Origin: Chloroflexota bacterium
Lineage (GTDB): Bacteria > Chloroflexota > UBA11872 > VXOZ01
Length of the DNA stretch: 64,000 nt
Assembly: GCA_964291655.2 (NCBI GenBank)
Contig: OZ219802.1
Location: 1,856,001 to 1,920,000, forward strand
Direction: 5' to 3'
Shown here: piece by piece, positions 39,644 to 50,012 of the stretch
How the letters are laid out: each line of letters opens with the position of its first letter
Numbering within the stretch: position 1 is the first letter of the stretch
The notes under the pieces: generated by a model
Seen by the model: only the letters and a program-made list of their open reading frames with translations
Databases searched by the model: none
Told to the model about the DNA's origin: nothing
Program-made: the position numbers and the translations under genes

Positions 39644-40142
39644 CGTTGCCGTACTCAGTTGCCGTGCGTTGTTTTCCGCGACCTACGCCCATGTTGTGGC
39701 TATGGGAATTGGGCAAGGGTTGTGCAGGCTGCTTGGTTGCCTGTATGGATTTACCGATTCTAGCGCGGCGGGTAGGTGGTTTCAAGGAGCAGCGGTGCGA
39801 GCGGGCGGGCGTGAAGGGCTGAATCGCTGCCATTACTGTCCGAGGGATGTGCTTTGCTGTATCCCGGAATGAGGCGGACCCCTGCTAGGGCCGCGGGGTT
39901 GGTTCTGGCTCGGTGGTGTAAAATGTCACCAACGGTCGTAGACCCTGAAGCACGATTGGATTGTCTCGAGTTGGACGGGAGCAGGCGGAAGGGCGCGTGC
40001 TCGTTTCCATTTCGAGTTAGGAGGCGGGGGACAAGCCCCCGCGCTACCTGAAGCCGGATTTGCAGTTGCAAAAGCATATTGACCGTAATTTGAGGTCAGA
40101 CACTGAGGTGACACAAGCCAGCAAAGTTGGGAGGAAATTAGC

Positions 40143-41120
40143 ATGGCAAGCACGCAGATGTTGTCGGAAGTGATCACCGATTCTCGGGCGTGGACCGCGC
40201 AGTCAATCGATGGGGGCGAGTCGTGGCGCTACACTCTGACGGCGGACTGCTTTGCGGAGCTTGACGCCTTTGTCGCACAGCGGCGAGGCCAGTCCCAGCC
40301 GATTACTGAGACGCGGATTGCAAGCGCCGACTTTCCGGCTTGCGCCGCAGTCCTGAACGATGCTGTTGTCGCCTTGGAGAGCGGGCGGGGATTCATTATC
40401 GTCGAGCGGCTGTCGTTCGAGCGGTATTCCCGCGAGGAGGCCCAGATGGTCTATTGGGTCATCGGCCAGCTTCTCGGTGCGCCGTTCGCCCAGGACGTGA
40501 AAGGCACGCTGCTCTATGACGTGCGCGATACCGGGCAGGACGTATCCAAAGGGGCGCGCTTCTCCGTGAGCAACCTGGAGAGCAGTTTTCACATGGACCA
40601 CTGCTTCGGCGACCCCATTCCCGACATTCTCGGTCTGCTCAGCTTGCAGGGGGCGAAGTCCGGCGGCAGGAGCCAGTTCCTCAGCGCGTATACGCTGCAC
40701 AACGAACTGCTCACCAAGTGCCCGGACGCGCTGCCGATCCTCTATGAAAATTTCTACTTCGACCGGCGGGGGCAGTTCAAAGAGGGCGAAAAGCCGGTCT
40801 TCGAAGCGCCAATCTTTCGCTGGGATGCGCAGGGCCTGCACATCCGCTACCTGTACTACTACATTCAGGTGGGGCAAGAGAAGATGGGTGAGCCATTCAG
40901 TCCCGCGCAAGCCAAGGCGCTAGAGGCGGTGGAAGCGACGCTGACCCGCCAAGACCTGCACGTTGAGATGCTGCTCGAGCCGGGCCAGATGCTCTTCACA
41001 AGCAACCATTGGCTGCTGCACAACCGCACCTCTTTTGAAGACTATCCCGAACCGGAGCGGCGGCGGCACCTGGTGCGTCTCTGGTTGAGCAACCGCAACG
41101 GCGCAGTGGCACACCATTAG
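40143..41120 (+). CDS. TauD/TfdA family Fe(II)/2OG dioxygenase
   Basis: HxD (FHMD), GGRS, LHNRT, RHLVRLWL. Confidence 0.88.
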   Translation: MASTQMLSEVITDSRAWTAQSIDGGESWRYTLTADCFAELDAFVAQRRGQSQPITETRIASADFPACAAVLNDAVVALESGRGFIIVERLSFERYSREEAQMVYWVIGQLLGAPFAQDVKGTLLYDVRDTGQDVSKGARFSVSNLESSFHMDHCFGDPIPDILGLLSLQGAKSGGRSQFLSAYTLHNELLTKCPDALPILYENFYFDRRGQFKEGEKPVFEAPIFRWDAQGLHIRYLYYYIQVGQEKMGEPFSPAQAKALEAVEATLTRQDLHVEMLLEPGQMLFTSNHWLLHNRTSFEDYPEPERRRHLVRLWLSNRNGAVAHH

Positions 41121-41197
41121 GCAGGCAGATGGGAAGCTGCCGGCAGTTTAGGCTCTGTACGCAATGGCCTTCTAGGTACCTCGCCACGCGAAGGAGC

Positions 41198-41371
41198 CCC
41201 TCTCCCGTGGCGAAGAGCATTGCGTAGCCGCCGCTGCAGGGAGAAAGTCCCCTCTCCCTTGAGGAGAGCTTTGCGTAACCCACGCCGGGACGGGAAAGTC
41301 CCCTCTCCCGGCGGAGACCTTTGCATAACCCCACTTTCAAGCAGGGGCACTCCCTCTCCCCGAGGAGAGGG
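41198..41371. repeat. ~50 bp-period stack of hairpin arms and MITE ends
   Basis: Four CCCTCTCC arms; the first three are followed by GAGACCTTTGC-like ends of increasing fidelity. Confidence 0.7.
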
Positions 41372-41834
41372 TACAGAGCGCGGAACCGAGTGAAAATTAA
41401 GCCGCTCCGGTTCCCTCTCCTGGGGGAGAGGGTTAGAGCCTGCCCCGTACTCGATACGGGGGTGAGGGGGAAATAAACGCAGTACTGGCCAGCTCTAACT
41501 GAATTACCGTAGGCATGCAGTAGATTCTCTCTATAGGTGAGACGACTCATGCAAGAATCCCCTCACCCCGACCCTCTCTCCGAGGAGAGGGAGAAATTGC
41601 TGCGTCCCTGACCGAACTCCTACAAGACTTTCCATGGCGAGAGCAGGCCGGGATGAGGGTGAGATTTCGGCAAGACGTATGAAAGCGTAGAGGCACGACA
41701 TGTCGTGCCCCTACCGGTTAGGTGGCAGACCGGTTTCCTCGTTCGCTAGAATCCCAAAACAAAAGGGAACAACCGCCTCGCTACGCTGAATTTGATGGAA
41801 GACCCAAGAATTCCTGACCTAAAGGAGAATTGCC

Positions 41835-42422
41835 ATGGCCGCCAACGAAGAACTGCGGGCAAGCGTCCGCCAAAGCTTTCCGGAATTAGCCGAGATCTCA
41901 GACACGACGCTGCGGGAGCAGGTGGTGGAGGCCTGGGCGTTTGCCCTCTCGGAAACCGAATTCACGGCCATCGAGCAGATGCGCGCGTCCGGCAACCCGG
42001 ATACCCCCGCCATGAAGCAAGGCACCCAAGCCGACCACCTGCGCGGCGTGGCCCGCATTGCCTTGGCCATGGCCGATTCCCTGGAGCAGGTGGTGGGGCC
42101 GCTGGGCATCGACCGCGACCTGCTATGCGCCGCTGCGCTCTGTCACGATCTGGGCAAGCCGTTCGAATTCAGTCCCGCCAACCAGGCGCGCTGGCGCGCC
42201 GACCCCCGCAAGGCGGGCTTCCCTGCAGTGCGGCATCCCGCGTATGGCGTGCACGTGGCGCTTACCGTGGGTCTGCCGGAAGCTATTGTGCACACGGCCG
42301 GCGCCCACTCCGCCGAGGGTGAAAACGTCGAGCGCAGCCTGGTAAACACCATCGTGCATCTGGCAGACCATGCGTATTGGACTATCCTGCGACGCGCCGG
42401 AGCCTTAGAAGAGGAAGCGTAG
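41835..42422 (+). CDS. HD-domain phosphohydrolase
   Basis: H..CHDLGK..RH..H..H..LAD metal-binding pattern. Confidence 0.85.
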   Translation: MAANEELRASVRQSFPELAEISDTTLREQVVEAWAFALSETEFTAIEQMRASGNPDTPAMKQGTQADHLRGVARIALAMADSLEQVVGPLGIDRDLLCAAALCHDLGKPFEFSPANQARWRADPRKAGFPAVRHPAYGVHVALTVGLPEAIVHTAGAHSAEGENVERSLVNTIVHLADHAYWTILRRAGALEEEA

Positions 42423-43038
42423 CCGCACGACATGTCGTGCCCATAGGGGCAAATCTCCCATCCTTGCAGGAGAACTTTGCTTAACGAGGCCCCGAGGAAA
42501 AACGTGTTGCCCCCGCTCCTTGGGAGACCTTTGCATAACCCCACTTTCAAGCAGGGGCACTCCCTCTCCTGGGGGAGAGGGTTGGGGTGAGGGGACGTCT
42601 CACTCTTCTAATCGCACAGCTTGTACAATCAATTCAATCCAGATCCAAACCGGTCAATCACCGGCTTGCATTTCGAGCAACTTCACCCTCACCCCCGTAT
42701 CAAGTACGTGGGGAAGGGGAGAATCCCCGCAACCCGGATAGTTCTCACCAGTCTTGCACATTTTCCGATTGGCCATAGCGGAGAAAGCGACCTGTACATG
42801 CTGCAATCTTCTCACCCCAACTCTCTGCCTGGGAGAGGGAGGAAGCCTTGCGCCGCCAGCCCTAATGGTGCTTAGGTCTCCCAGGGAGAGGGAACAACTG
42901 CTGCCGGGAAGACGGAGTGGTTGCCGGTGAGAAGGGGGATTCCCCTGCCGGAGAGAGGGTGTAAGGCTTGCGCCTTTGGCTGAGGCGATGCTACGGCCTC
43001 CCTCAAGGTGCGGGAATTCTCAAGGGAATGGCGGTCGG

Positions 43039-43746
43039 TTAGGAATCTGACCCAACGCGTTCCATGACAAAGCTTCCCCCGATGATGCCTACTCTGAACT
43101 TGCCTGAAATCACATCATCTTCCAACATACCGTCAAAGGTCAGTGGGGGGTCCTGGTCCGGGATCACGAAACGAATCCGGCCGTCCGGGAAGACTTCGGC
43201 GGTAAAGGCGAGGTTCTCGATCCGCCGCGAAGAAATGTCGAGCGTGCCGCGCAACTCGCCGTCCTCGACAATGAGTGTAGCGCTTACCGGGATATCAGAC
43301 CCAAGCACCCGAGCATTCCCCTCCCAGTCTCCGACAAGCGATGCTCCCGGGACATCCGGCGTCGGTGTCGGGATGGGTGTGGGAACGACAGTAGGTACTG
43401 GAATGGGGGTAAGCGCCGGCGATGGCGTCGGCGTGGAAGTAGCCGTTGGCGCAAGAGTCGGCGTCGCCGTCGGGGTTGGTGTGGGAGCTGCCGTCGGGAT
43501 TGGCGAAGGAGCCGCGGTTGGTATCGGCGTAGGTACTGCTGTTGGCTGCGGCGTAACGGGGCCTGGGTTAAACGGCCCGCACGTGCTCAACAACACGACA
43601 AGCATGCCGAGCGCACATGTTCGTATGAAGAGCAGCTTTGGTACCCGTAGATACCAAGCTTGTGGGCCGTGCCGCGTTGACGTCGAAAGCCGTGTTGAAT
43701 TCTTCAGAGCGATGCAACCAAGATGTAGTGAGAATGTACCTGCCAA
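43039..43746 (-). CDS. Pro/Thr-repeat lipoprotein
   Basis: Lipobox LLSTC, long PT linker, GDWEG beta domain; true start probably downstream of the ORF-track start. Confidence 0.7.
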   Translation of the reverse strand: MAGTFSLHLGCIALKNSTRLSTSTRHGPQAWYLRVPKLLFIRTCALGMLVVLLSTCGPFNPGPVTPQPTAVPTPIPTAAPSPIPTAAPTPTPTATPTLAPTATSTPTPSPALTPIPVPTVVPTPIPTPTPDVPGASLVGDWEGNARVLGSDIPVSATLIVEDGELRGTLDISSRRIENLAFTAEVFPDGRIRFVIPDQDPPLTFDGMLEDDVISGKFRVGIIGGSFVMERVGSDS

Positions 43747-43830
43747 TAGATCAACTATAGCGCACCCAATGGCACTCTTGGCTTGCCGCCAGCGGCTGAC
43801 CCCCAGTTTCTTAGGAATATCTTAATGTGG

Positions 43831-43858
43831 AGAAGGGCCGGCAGACGCCGGCCCTTCT
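43831..43858. terminator. Perfect 12 bp hairpin downstream of the SBP gene
   Basis: AGAAGGGCCGGC-AGAC-GCCGGCCCTTCT; no clear U tract. Confidence 0.45.
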
Positions 43859-43899
43859 GTAATTTCCAGCTACCGAAAACGTGCCCCCTCCTCGCGTCA

Positions 43900-45312
43900 C
43901 TAGCCAGCAAGCGCCTCGTCCACCAGCGCCTGCATCGGCTGCTTCATGCCGCGCAGGGCCTCCTGGACTGTCACCTTGCCCTCGAAGAGGTCACCAAAGA
44001 TCGGAGTGATGAGCTGGTCGCGGATCTGGTTGTAGGCGGCGGAACGGAAGGAGCGCCCCGCCGGCACCGCGTATTGCAGCGCGTCGCGGTACACCTCCAG
44101 GCGCACCTCCGCCTGGAACTCTGCATCACCGTAGATGTTCTGGGCCCATTCGTCGAAGAAGTCCACGCGGTGGAAGCCGGTACCGCGTGAGATCGCCCAG
44201 TTGATAGTCTGGCTGCCCCACTTGATGAGCGCCCAACCGGCATCCGGCTGCTTGGAACCGACCACGATGCCGTTGCCGTCCAGGTTCAGGTGCGAGACAG
44301 GCTGTGCGCTGGTGCCTCGCACGACCGGGCTATAGACGAACGGCGCGCCGCGCTGAATCGCCTCCAGTATCATGAAGAAACCGCCGGGCGCGCTGCGCAA
44401 CATGGCGCCCCGCTCTTCGACGAATGCCGTCCTGACGTTGGTGCCAAAGAGGTCGTTCACCTGCCCCGGCTTGTCCACGGAGCGGTCCTGAATCGCCATG
44501 GTGAAGAAGCGCTCGTAAGCGTCCACGAGCGCGGGATCGTCGGAAGTCACCGTGCGGTTGTCATCGGCGATCCATTCCGTGTCGAAGAGGTTCGGCCAGT
44601 CGATGAAGAGGTAGACCGGGCTCGCGCCCAGCAAGCCGAACTGCGAAGTCTTGCCGCCGTCTTCCTTCGTCAGCAGCTTCATTTCAGAGGTAAAGCGGTC
44701 GAAGTCCCAGTCGGGGTCTGTCCAGTCGGTGGGTGGCAGGTTCAGACCGGCCTCTTCGTACATGCGCTTGTTGGTTGGCGACACGGGCCAGTCGCCGCCG
44801 GACTGGTTCGGCAGCGCGAACAGCTTGCCGTCGCGCCGGAACCACGCGTCCATGGCGGCTTCGGGGAAGGGACTGAGGTCGACCTGGTCCTTGGCGACCC
44901 GATCGTCGATGGCTTCCACCGCTCCGAGCGCTGTGAGCGCCGGGTCGGTGAGCCAGGCTACGTCGGGCGCTTGGCCGCCGGCCACGAGAGTCTGCAGGAA
45001 CTCACGCCGGTCGCCGGTCCAGATGATCCACTTCAGCGTAATGCCGGGGTTGTCGTTCTCAAACGGCTCCTTAACCAGCCCGTCGACGTTATCCAATTGG
45101 CGGCTGTTGTGGTGGGTGAGCCATTGCACTTCCACGGGTTCGGCCATGGCGGGTTTCTCTTCCTCCGCCTTGGCAGTCTCTTCCTCGGCCATCTCTCCGC
45201 CGGGTTCCATCGCCGCGGGCTGTCCGCACGCGGCGAACAAGAGACTGCCTGCGGAGAATGCGCCGACACCGCCGAGCAGGCGACGTCGCGAAAAACGATC
45301 TCGAATGTCCAC
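43900..45312 (-). CDS. ABC transporter extracellular solute-binding lipoprotein (sugar-binding family 1), Tat-exported
   Basis: SRRRLL, lipobox FAAC, AGGQAPDV, DGKLFALP, PDAGWALIKW; no permease nearby. Confidence 0.85.
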   Translation of the reverse strand: MDIRDRFSRRRLLGGVGAFSAGSLLFAACGQPAAMEPGGEMAEEETAKAEEEKPAMAEPVEVQWLTHHNSRQLDNVDGLVKEPFENDNPGITLKWIIWTGDRREFLQTLVAGGQAPDVAWLTDPALTALGAVEAIDDRVAKDQVDLSPFPEAAMDAWFRRDGKLFALPNQSGGDWPVSPTNKRMYEEAGLNLPPTDWTDPDWDFDRFTSEMKLLTKEDGGKTSQFGLLGASPVYLFIDWPNLFDTEWIADDNRTVTSDDPALVDAYERFFTMAIQDRSVDKPGQVNDLFGTNVRTAFVEERGAMLRSAPGGFFMILEAIQRGAPFVYSPVVRGTSAQPVSHLNLDGNGIVVGSKQPDAGWALIKWGSQTINWAISRGTGFHRVDFFDEWAQNIYGDAEFQAEVRLEVYRDALQYAVPAGRSFRSAAYNQIRDQLITPIFGDLFEGKVTVQEALRGMKQPMQALVDEALAG

Positions 45313-45575
45313 TCTTCACTCTCCTTCGTTTGGAGCAAACCTGAAGTCACGTAGATCTTTGCCTCGTAGGGCCGCAGAGACTTCTCCTCCTTTCCGTAAG
45401 TGTCAAGTCTAACAATCTTAAATTATGCTTGTTAAAGGTGATTCGTCAAGCTCTACGGGGAGCAATAGTGTTGATTATCCCGGTATCGTGTAAGAGCGCA
45501 CGTCTGCGGCTACAATGTCTATATGAATGTATGAACTCTCTATGTTTGGGAAGAGTGTAGTAAGGAGCATGCCCC

Positions 45576-46454
45576 GTGAATGAGCGTTCCGCCCAACTAC
45601 GGGCTTTGATCGAGCGACCCGGCATTGTCGTCTTGCCCGGCGCGTATGACTGCTTGAGCGCGCGTCTCGCGGAGCAAGCCGGTTTCGAGACCGTTTTTAC
45701 GACCGGCTTCGGCTTCGCCGCCAGCGCGCTCGGCGTACCGGACCTCGGCTTGATGACTGCCAGCGAGATTCTGGACCGCGTACACAACATCGTGAACAGC
45801 GTGAACGTGCCCCTCGTCGCGGACATGGATACCGGTTACGGCAATCCGCTGAACGTCATCCGTACCGTGAGCGAGTGCGTGGCGCAGGGCGTGGCCGGCA
45901 TAATCTTGGAAGACCAGGAGTGGCCGAAGAAGTGCGGCCACCTGGAAGGCAAGCGCGTGATCCCTATGGAAGACCACGTGCAAAAGCTGCGCGCCGCGGT
46001 GGACGCCCGGGGCGATTCCGGCCTGGTGATCATCGCCCGCACCGATGCGCGCGCAGTGCTGGGTCTGGATGATGCCCTTGAACGCGGTCAGGCCTATTAC
46101 GAAGCCGGCGCCGACGTGGTCTTCATCGAAGCGCCCCAGTCGCTGGAGGAACTGCACGCTATCGCCGCAGCATTTCCTACCGCGCCGCTCTTCGCCAACA
46201 TGATCGAAGGCGGCAAGACGCCCGTCCTCTCACCCGCTGAACTCGCCGAGATTGGCTTCAAGATCGTGGTCTATCCGCTTTCGAGTCTCTTCTCCGCGGC
46301 GCGCGCCATGCAGCACGTCTATAAGGCGCTCAAAGAGCACGGCACGACCGGCACCATCACCGATATGACCACCCTGGATGAATTCACGGAGTGCGTGAAC
46401 GTGGACCAGTTCCGCGCCTGGGAGAAGCAATTCGCCACACCGGGTAGCGGTTGA
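45576..46454 (+). CDS. Isocitrate lyase/PEP mutase family protein (PrpB-like)
   Basis: YDCLSA, ADMDTGYG, EDQ..PKKCGH, IARTDA, NMIEGGKTP. Confidence 0.9.
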   Translation: MNERSAQLRALIERPGIVVLPGAYDCLSARLAEQAGFETVFTTGFGFAASALGVPDLGLMTASEILDRVHNIVNSVNVPLVADMDTGYGNPLNVIRTVSECVAQGVAGIILEDQEWPKKCGHLEGKRVIPMEDHVQKLRAAVDARGDSGLVIIARTDARAVLGLDDALERGQAYYEAGADVVFIEAPQSLEELHAIAAAFPTAPLFANMIEGGKTPVLSPAELAEIGFKIVVYPLSSLFSAARAMQHVYKALKEHGTTGTITDMTTLDEFTECVNVDQFRAWEKQFATPGSG

Positions 46455-46925
46455 CGGCAGACTTCCGCCCAAGACAGCAGCCGCGCCCACATCGTGCCGA
46501 GGCAGGACCGACCCATCTCACGAGAAATACACACGGCGGTAGGGCTTGTGGTAAAATCATACTCCAGAATGTAGCGGCATCTTGCCGTTACGAATCAGAT
46601 ATGGTACGGGATGTTCCTCTGCACGTGCCGCGTGCAGGTTGCGCTCCCCGGCACTGTACAGCACACTTCTGACGGCTAACTCGTTGCTTGCAAGACGGCA
46701 TGTTTTAGACCGGCATTGGTGGGCTGCGCGAGTCCCCGTACATCCGGCAGTAGTCTGCATACTTGGCTAAACTCGTGCCAGCAATCTATTACGCAAACAC
46801 AAACGCCGCACCGGCATCTCAGAGCCGCGCCTTGCACACAAGCGCATATGCAAGCCAATATAGCTTGATCGCACCGGCCGGTGTATCCAGTAACACCTTT
46901 GTCACCCACGCGAGACCGTGAGACC

Positions 46926-47354
46926 ATGCGCCTCCCCAATGACCGGACGTCAGCACGCGTAACCAAGTACGTGCTCCTCATTGCGGGATTAGTCATTGCG
47001 GCCACGTTGACCGGATTTCCGGCGCGCGTGCTCAATAGCTATGAAGTCAACCAGCGGGTCCTGGCGCTGGAGCAGCGCCTGGCCGCGCGCCAAGCTGAGA
47101 ATGAATCCCTGCAACACGAGCTGGCGCGCCGCCACACGGAGGCGTACATCCGCACGATGGCCAAAGAGCGTCTGGGATTGGTGGAGCCGGGTGAAGAGCT
47201 GGTGCTATTGCCCCTGGATGGGGAGCGTCCGGATTCCGCCATGGAAAAAACCAGCGTTCCTGTCAAAGACCTGTTGATTTCCGATACACCGTACGATGCG
47301 GAATGGGGGTACTTTTTGGAATGGGTTGCGCTGCTCAAGCGCAATTTCACATGA
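46926..47354 (+). CDS. Septum formation initiator FtsB/DivIC family
   Basis: TM helix, coiled coil, YIRTMAKERLGLVEPGE. Confidence 0.8.
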   Translation: MRLPNDRTSARVTKYVLLIAGLVIAATLTGFPARVLNSYEVNQRVLALEQRLAARQAENESLQHELARRHTEAYIRTMAKERLGLVEPGEELVLLPLDGERPDSAMEKTSVPVKDLLISDTPYDAEWGYFLEWVALLKRNFT

Positions 47355-47803
47355 AGGATCACATACGAGATATGGACGTTCGCATCAAACGCATCGATCC
47401 CACGCTCCCGCTGCCCCGTTACGCCACCGCCGGGGCAGTTGCTTTTGATTTGTGCGCCCGCGCGAGCGTGACTATCGCGCCGCAAGCAACCTCTCGCGTA
47501 CCCTGCAACGTGGTGATTGAGGTGCCGCCGGGATACGCGCTTGTGGTGGCGAGCCGCAGCAGCACGCCGGTGCGCAAGGGCCTGCTGAAAGCGAACGGTA
47601 TCGGCATCATCGACCAGGACTACTGCGGTGATACCGACGAGATCCAAGCCCTCTTCTATAACGTGACGTCCGCGCCGGTAACCGTGGAGCGCGGCGAACG
47701 GATCGCCCAGGCGTTGCTTATCCCAGTTCCGCGCGTCACGTGGGAAGAGGTGGCAAGTCTTGACACTGAAGACCGCGGCGGCTTTGGCAGCACCGGCGTC
47801 TAG
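47351..47803 (+). CDS. dut: dUTPase
   Basis: PRYAT.GAVAFDL, SRSS, GIIDQDYCG, GERIAQ, RGGFGSTG. Confidence 0.93.
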   Translation: MKDHIRDMDVRIKRIDPTLPLPRYATAGAVAFDLCARASVTIAPQATSRVPCNVVIEVPPGYALVVASRSSTPVRKGLLKANGIGIIDQDYCGDTDEIQALFYNVTSAPVTVERGERIAQALLIPVPRVTWEEVASLDTEDRGGFGSTGV

Positions 47804-47958
47804 CTGAAGTGCCGTTGCCTAGCAACGGAATGTCTCTCTCTACGCCGTTCTTCCTTCGACAAGCTCAGGACGAACGGATTATTTTTCCGGGCTCCGCACG
47901 TGTGACCGTTAGATTGTTTCCACGCTCGCGTCGGCAAACCGGCACGCCTCGCCTGGAC

Positions 47959-48225
47959 TGTAAGTGTTGAGTAAATCGTTGACAGAATACGCTTTCCCGT
48001 AGAAAGCGCTACAAGGCCTTGTCATTCCGAGCGTAGCGTCGAACACTGTTCGCGGAATCTAGGGTCCCTGCTCAACACACTTTCACGGCCTCAGCACTCT
48101 AGATTCCGCGCTAAGAGCGTCACTCCGCTACGCTCCGTTCGGAATGACATGTATGTAGGCGAACACAGAGTTCTGCTCCCATGTTTCTTCTACCAATTCT
48201 GTCAACGAATTACCTGACATCTACA
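47959..48225. mobile_element. TGT..ACA MITE with REP cargo
   Basis: Terminal IRs; 5 bp duplication TGGAC (47954-47958 / 48226-48230). Confidence 0.78.
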
Positions 48226-48271
48226 TGGACGACACACTGCATCCCTGTGGTTACGCCGGGCAACTTGCCCG

Positions 48272-49909
48272 GTGAACAACGCATCTCTCGTAGGACATGT
48301 GGCTGAAGCTCTACAGCGTGCGCGCCTGGGGTACCATGATCACATGATGTACCAAGATCGAACTGCGGAGGCGGCGGTGAGTGGGGTGAATAAACCAAGG
48401 CCGCCGCGCGATCCGTTGCTGGATACTGTAGCGCAGACCATTGCCAGCCATGACCTGCTACCCAGTGGCAGCAGGATTGTCGTGGCCGTGTCCGGCGGGG
48501 CGGATTCCATCGCTCTGCTCGACGCCCTGCAACAGCTTGCGCCGGGTCACCGCTGGCACCTCCACGTGGCACACGTGAATCACCAGCTCCGAGGCGCAGA
48601 ATCTGACGCGGACGCCGCGCTTGTTGCGCAATTTGCCGCGCGCGCAGGTTTGCCCTGCACGGTACGATCAATCGATGTCGCGCGGGCGCAGCAAGACCAC
48701 GCCTCACCGGAGAACACCGCCCGGCGGCTGCGCTACCGGCAGCTTGCCGCAATCGCCCGGCAAGCGGAAGCGCGCTACATTGCCCTAGCCCACCACCAGA
48801 ACGATCAAGCCGAGACCGTATTGCTCCATCTGCTGCGGGGCAGCGGTCCGGGCGGCCTTGCCGGCATGCGCTACGCGAGCCCGCTGCTGCTTACCGATGA
48901 TGCTGTGCCGGGTCCAGCTAACGTTGCCAGCGCTCGAGAAGACCGGCAGGAGGCGTACCATCCGCCTGACCCTACCATCACCCTGGTGCGACCACTGCTG
49001 AACGTAGCGCGCGCCGACATCCGCGCCTATTGCACCCACCGGGAACTGGCGTTTCGCGAAGACAGCAGTAATGAGACCACCACGCCGCAGCGGAACTGGC
49101 TGCGCCATGAAGTGCTCCCATTGCTCGAGACGCGTTACCCCGCAGCAGCGCGCACGCTGGCCCGCGCCGCCCGCGTATTCGAGGAAGACTCTGCGTATTT
49201 GAATGCATTGGCTGAAGACTGGTTACATCGGCATTCTCAGCGGCAGACAGACGGTGTGCTTTTCGCTCGCTCCCCGTGGCTCGCTCAGCCGCCCGCCTTG
49301 CAAGCGGCAGTGTTGCGCTCCGCCGTGGCGCGTGTGGTGGGGCACGTTCAAGGGCTGGAATACGCGCACGTCATTAGTGCGCGCGAGGTGCTGCGTCAGG
49401 ACAAGACCGGCGTCGCAAGTCCGCTTCCCGGCGGTTTGCTGTGCCGTGCCGAGCATGACGGCATCTGGATCGGATATGCGCCTGCGCCAGCATTCTTCCC
49501 GCCGATCACGCTCGCCGTACCCGGCCGCACGGAGATTGCGCAGCTCGGCTGCGCCATTCACGCCGCGCTGGTTAGACCAAGCGAGGTAGACTTCCACACC
49601 GGAACTATCGGTGAGGTCGCCTGGATCGACGCCGGACAGGCGGCCGGAGTTCTCAAGGTGCGGACGCGCCTGCCCGGCGACCGTTTCGTGCCGCTGGGCA
49701 TGACCGGCGAGAAGAAACTCCAGGACTTCCTGGTGGATGCTCGGGTGCCGGCGCGTCTGCGGGACCTTGTGCCGCTCATCGTTACAGAGAATAATGCTAT
49801 CGTTTGGGTCGCGGGACACCGCAGCGACGCCCGCTATCGCATCACCGATGAGACGCGGCATGTAATTCAGTTGCGCCTTGAATCATTGCCTGCGGAGAAC
49901 CTTACGTGA
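48272..49909 (+). CDS. tilS: tRNA(Ile)-lysidine synthetase
   Basis: VAVSGGADS, HVNHQLR, ARRLRY, AHHQNDQAET, RPLL, EDSSN, RNWLRH, KKLQDFLVD; start uncertain. Confidence 0.93.
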   Translation: MNNASLVGHVAEALQRARLGYHDHMMYQDRTAEAAVSGVNKPRPPRDPLLDTVAQTIASHDLLPSGSRIVVAVSGGADSIALLDALQQLAPGHRWHLHVAHVNHQLRGAESDADAALVAQFAARAGLPCTVRSIDVARAQQDHASPENTARRLRYRQLAAIARQAEARYIALAHHQNDQAETVLLHLLRGSGPGGLAGMRYASPLLLTDDAVPGPANVASAREDRQEAYHPPDPTITLVRPLLNVARADIRAYCTHRELAFREDSSNETTTPQRNWLRHEVLPLLETRYPAAARTLARAARVFEEDSAYLNALAEDWLHRHSQRQTDGVLFARSPWLAQPPALQAAVLRSAVARVVGHVQGLEYAHVISAREVLRQDKTGVASPLPGGLLCRAEHDGIWIGYAPAPAFFPPITLAVPGRTEIAQLGCAIHAALVRPSEVDFHTGTIGEVAWIDAGQAAGVLKVRTRLPGDRFVPLGMTGEKKLQDFLVDARVPARLRDLVPLIVTENNAIVWVAGHRSDARYRITDETRHVIQLRLESLPAENLT

Positions 49910-50012
49910 GCGGTGCCTTCAAGTCCGCACTCAAGGTCAATCCCCTCTCCTGGGGAGATTCTTGCGTTACTCATCTGCAGGCGAGTAAACCTCCCTCTCC
50001 CTGGGGAGAGGG

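Noticed and set aside
43360-43560. Pro/Thr repeats as a special repeat locus
   Set aside because: Ordinary low-complexity lipoprotein linker
46764-46782. GGCTAAACTCGTGCCAGCA resembling the 16S rRNA 515 region
   Set aside because: Short imperfect match with no flanking rRNA similarity
48885-48975. ~30 aa insert in TilS as an intein or mobile insert
   Set aside because: No splice motifs; lies in a variable loop
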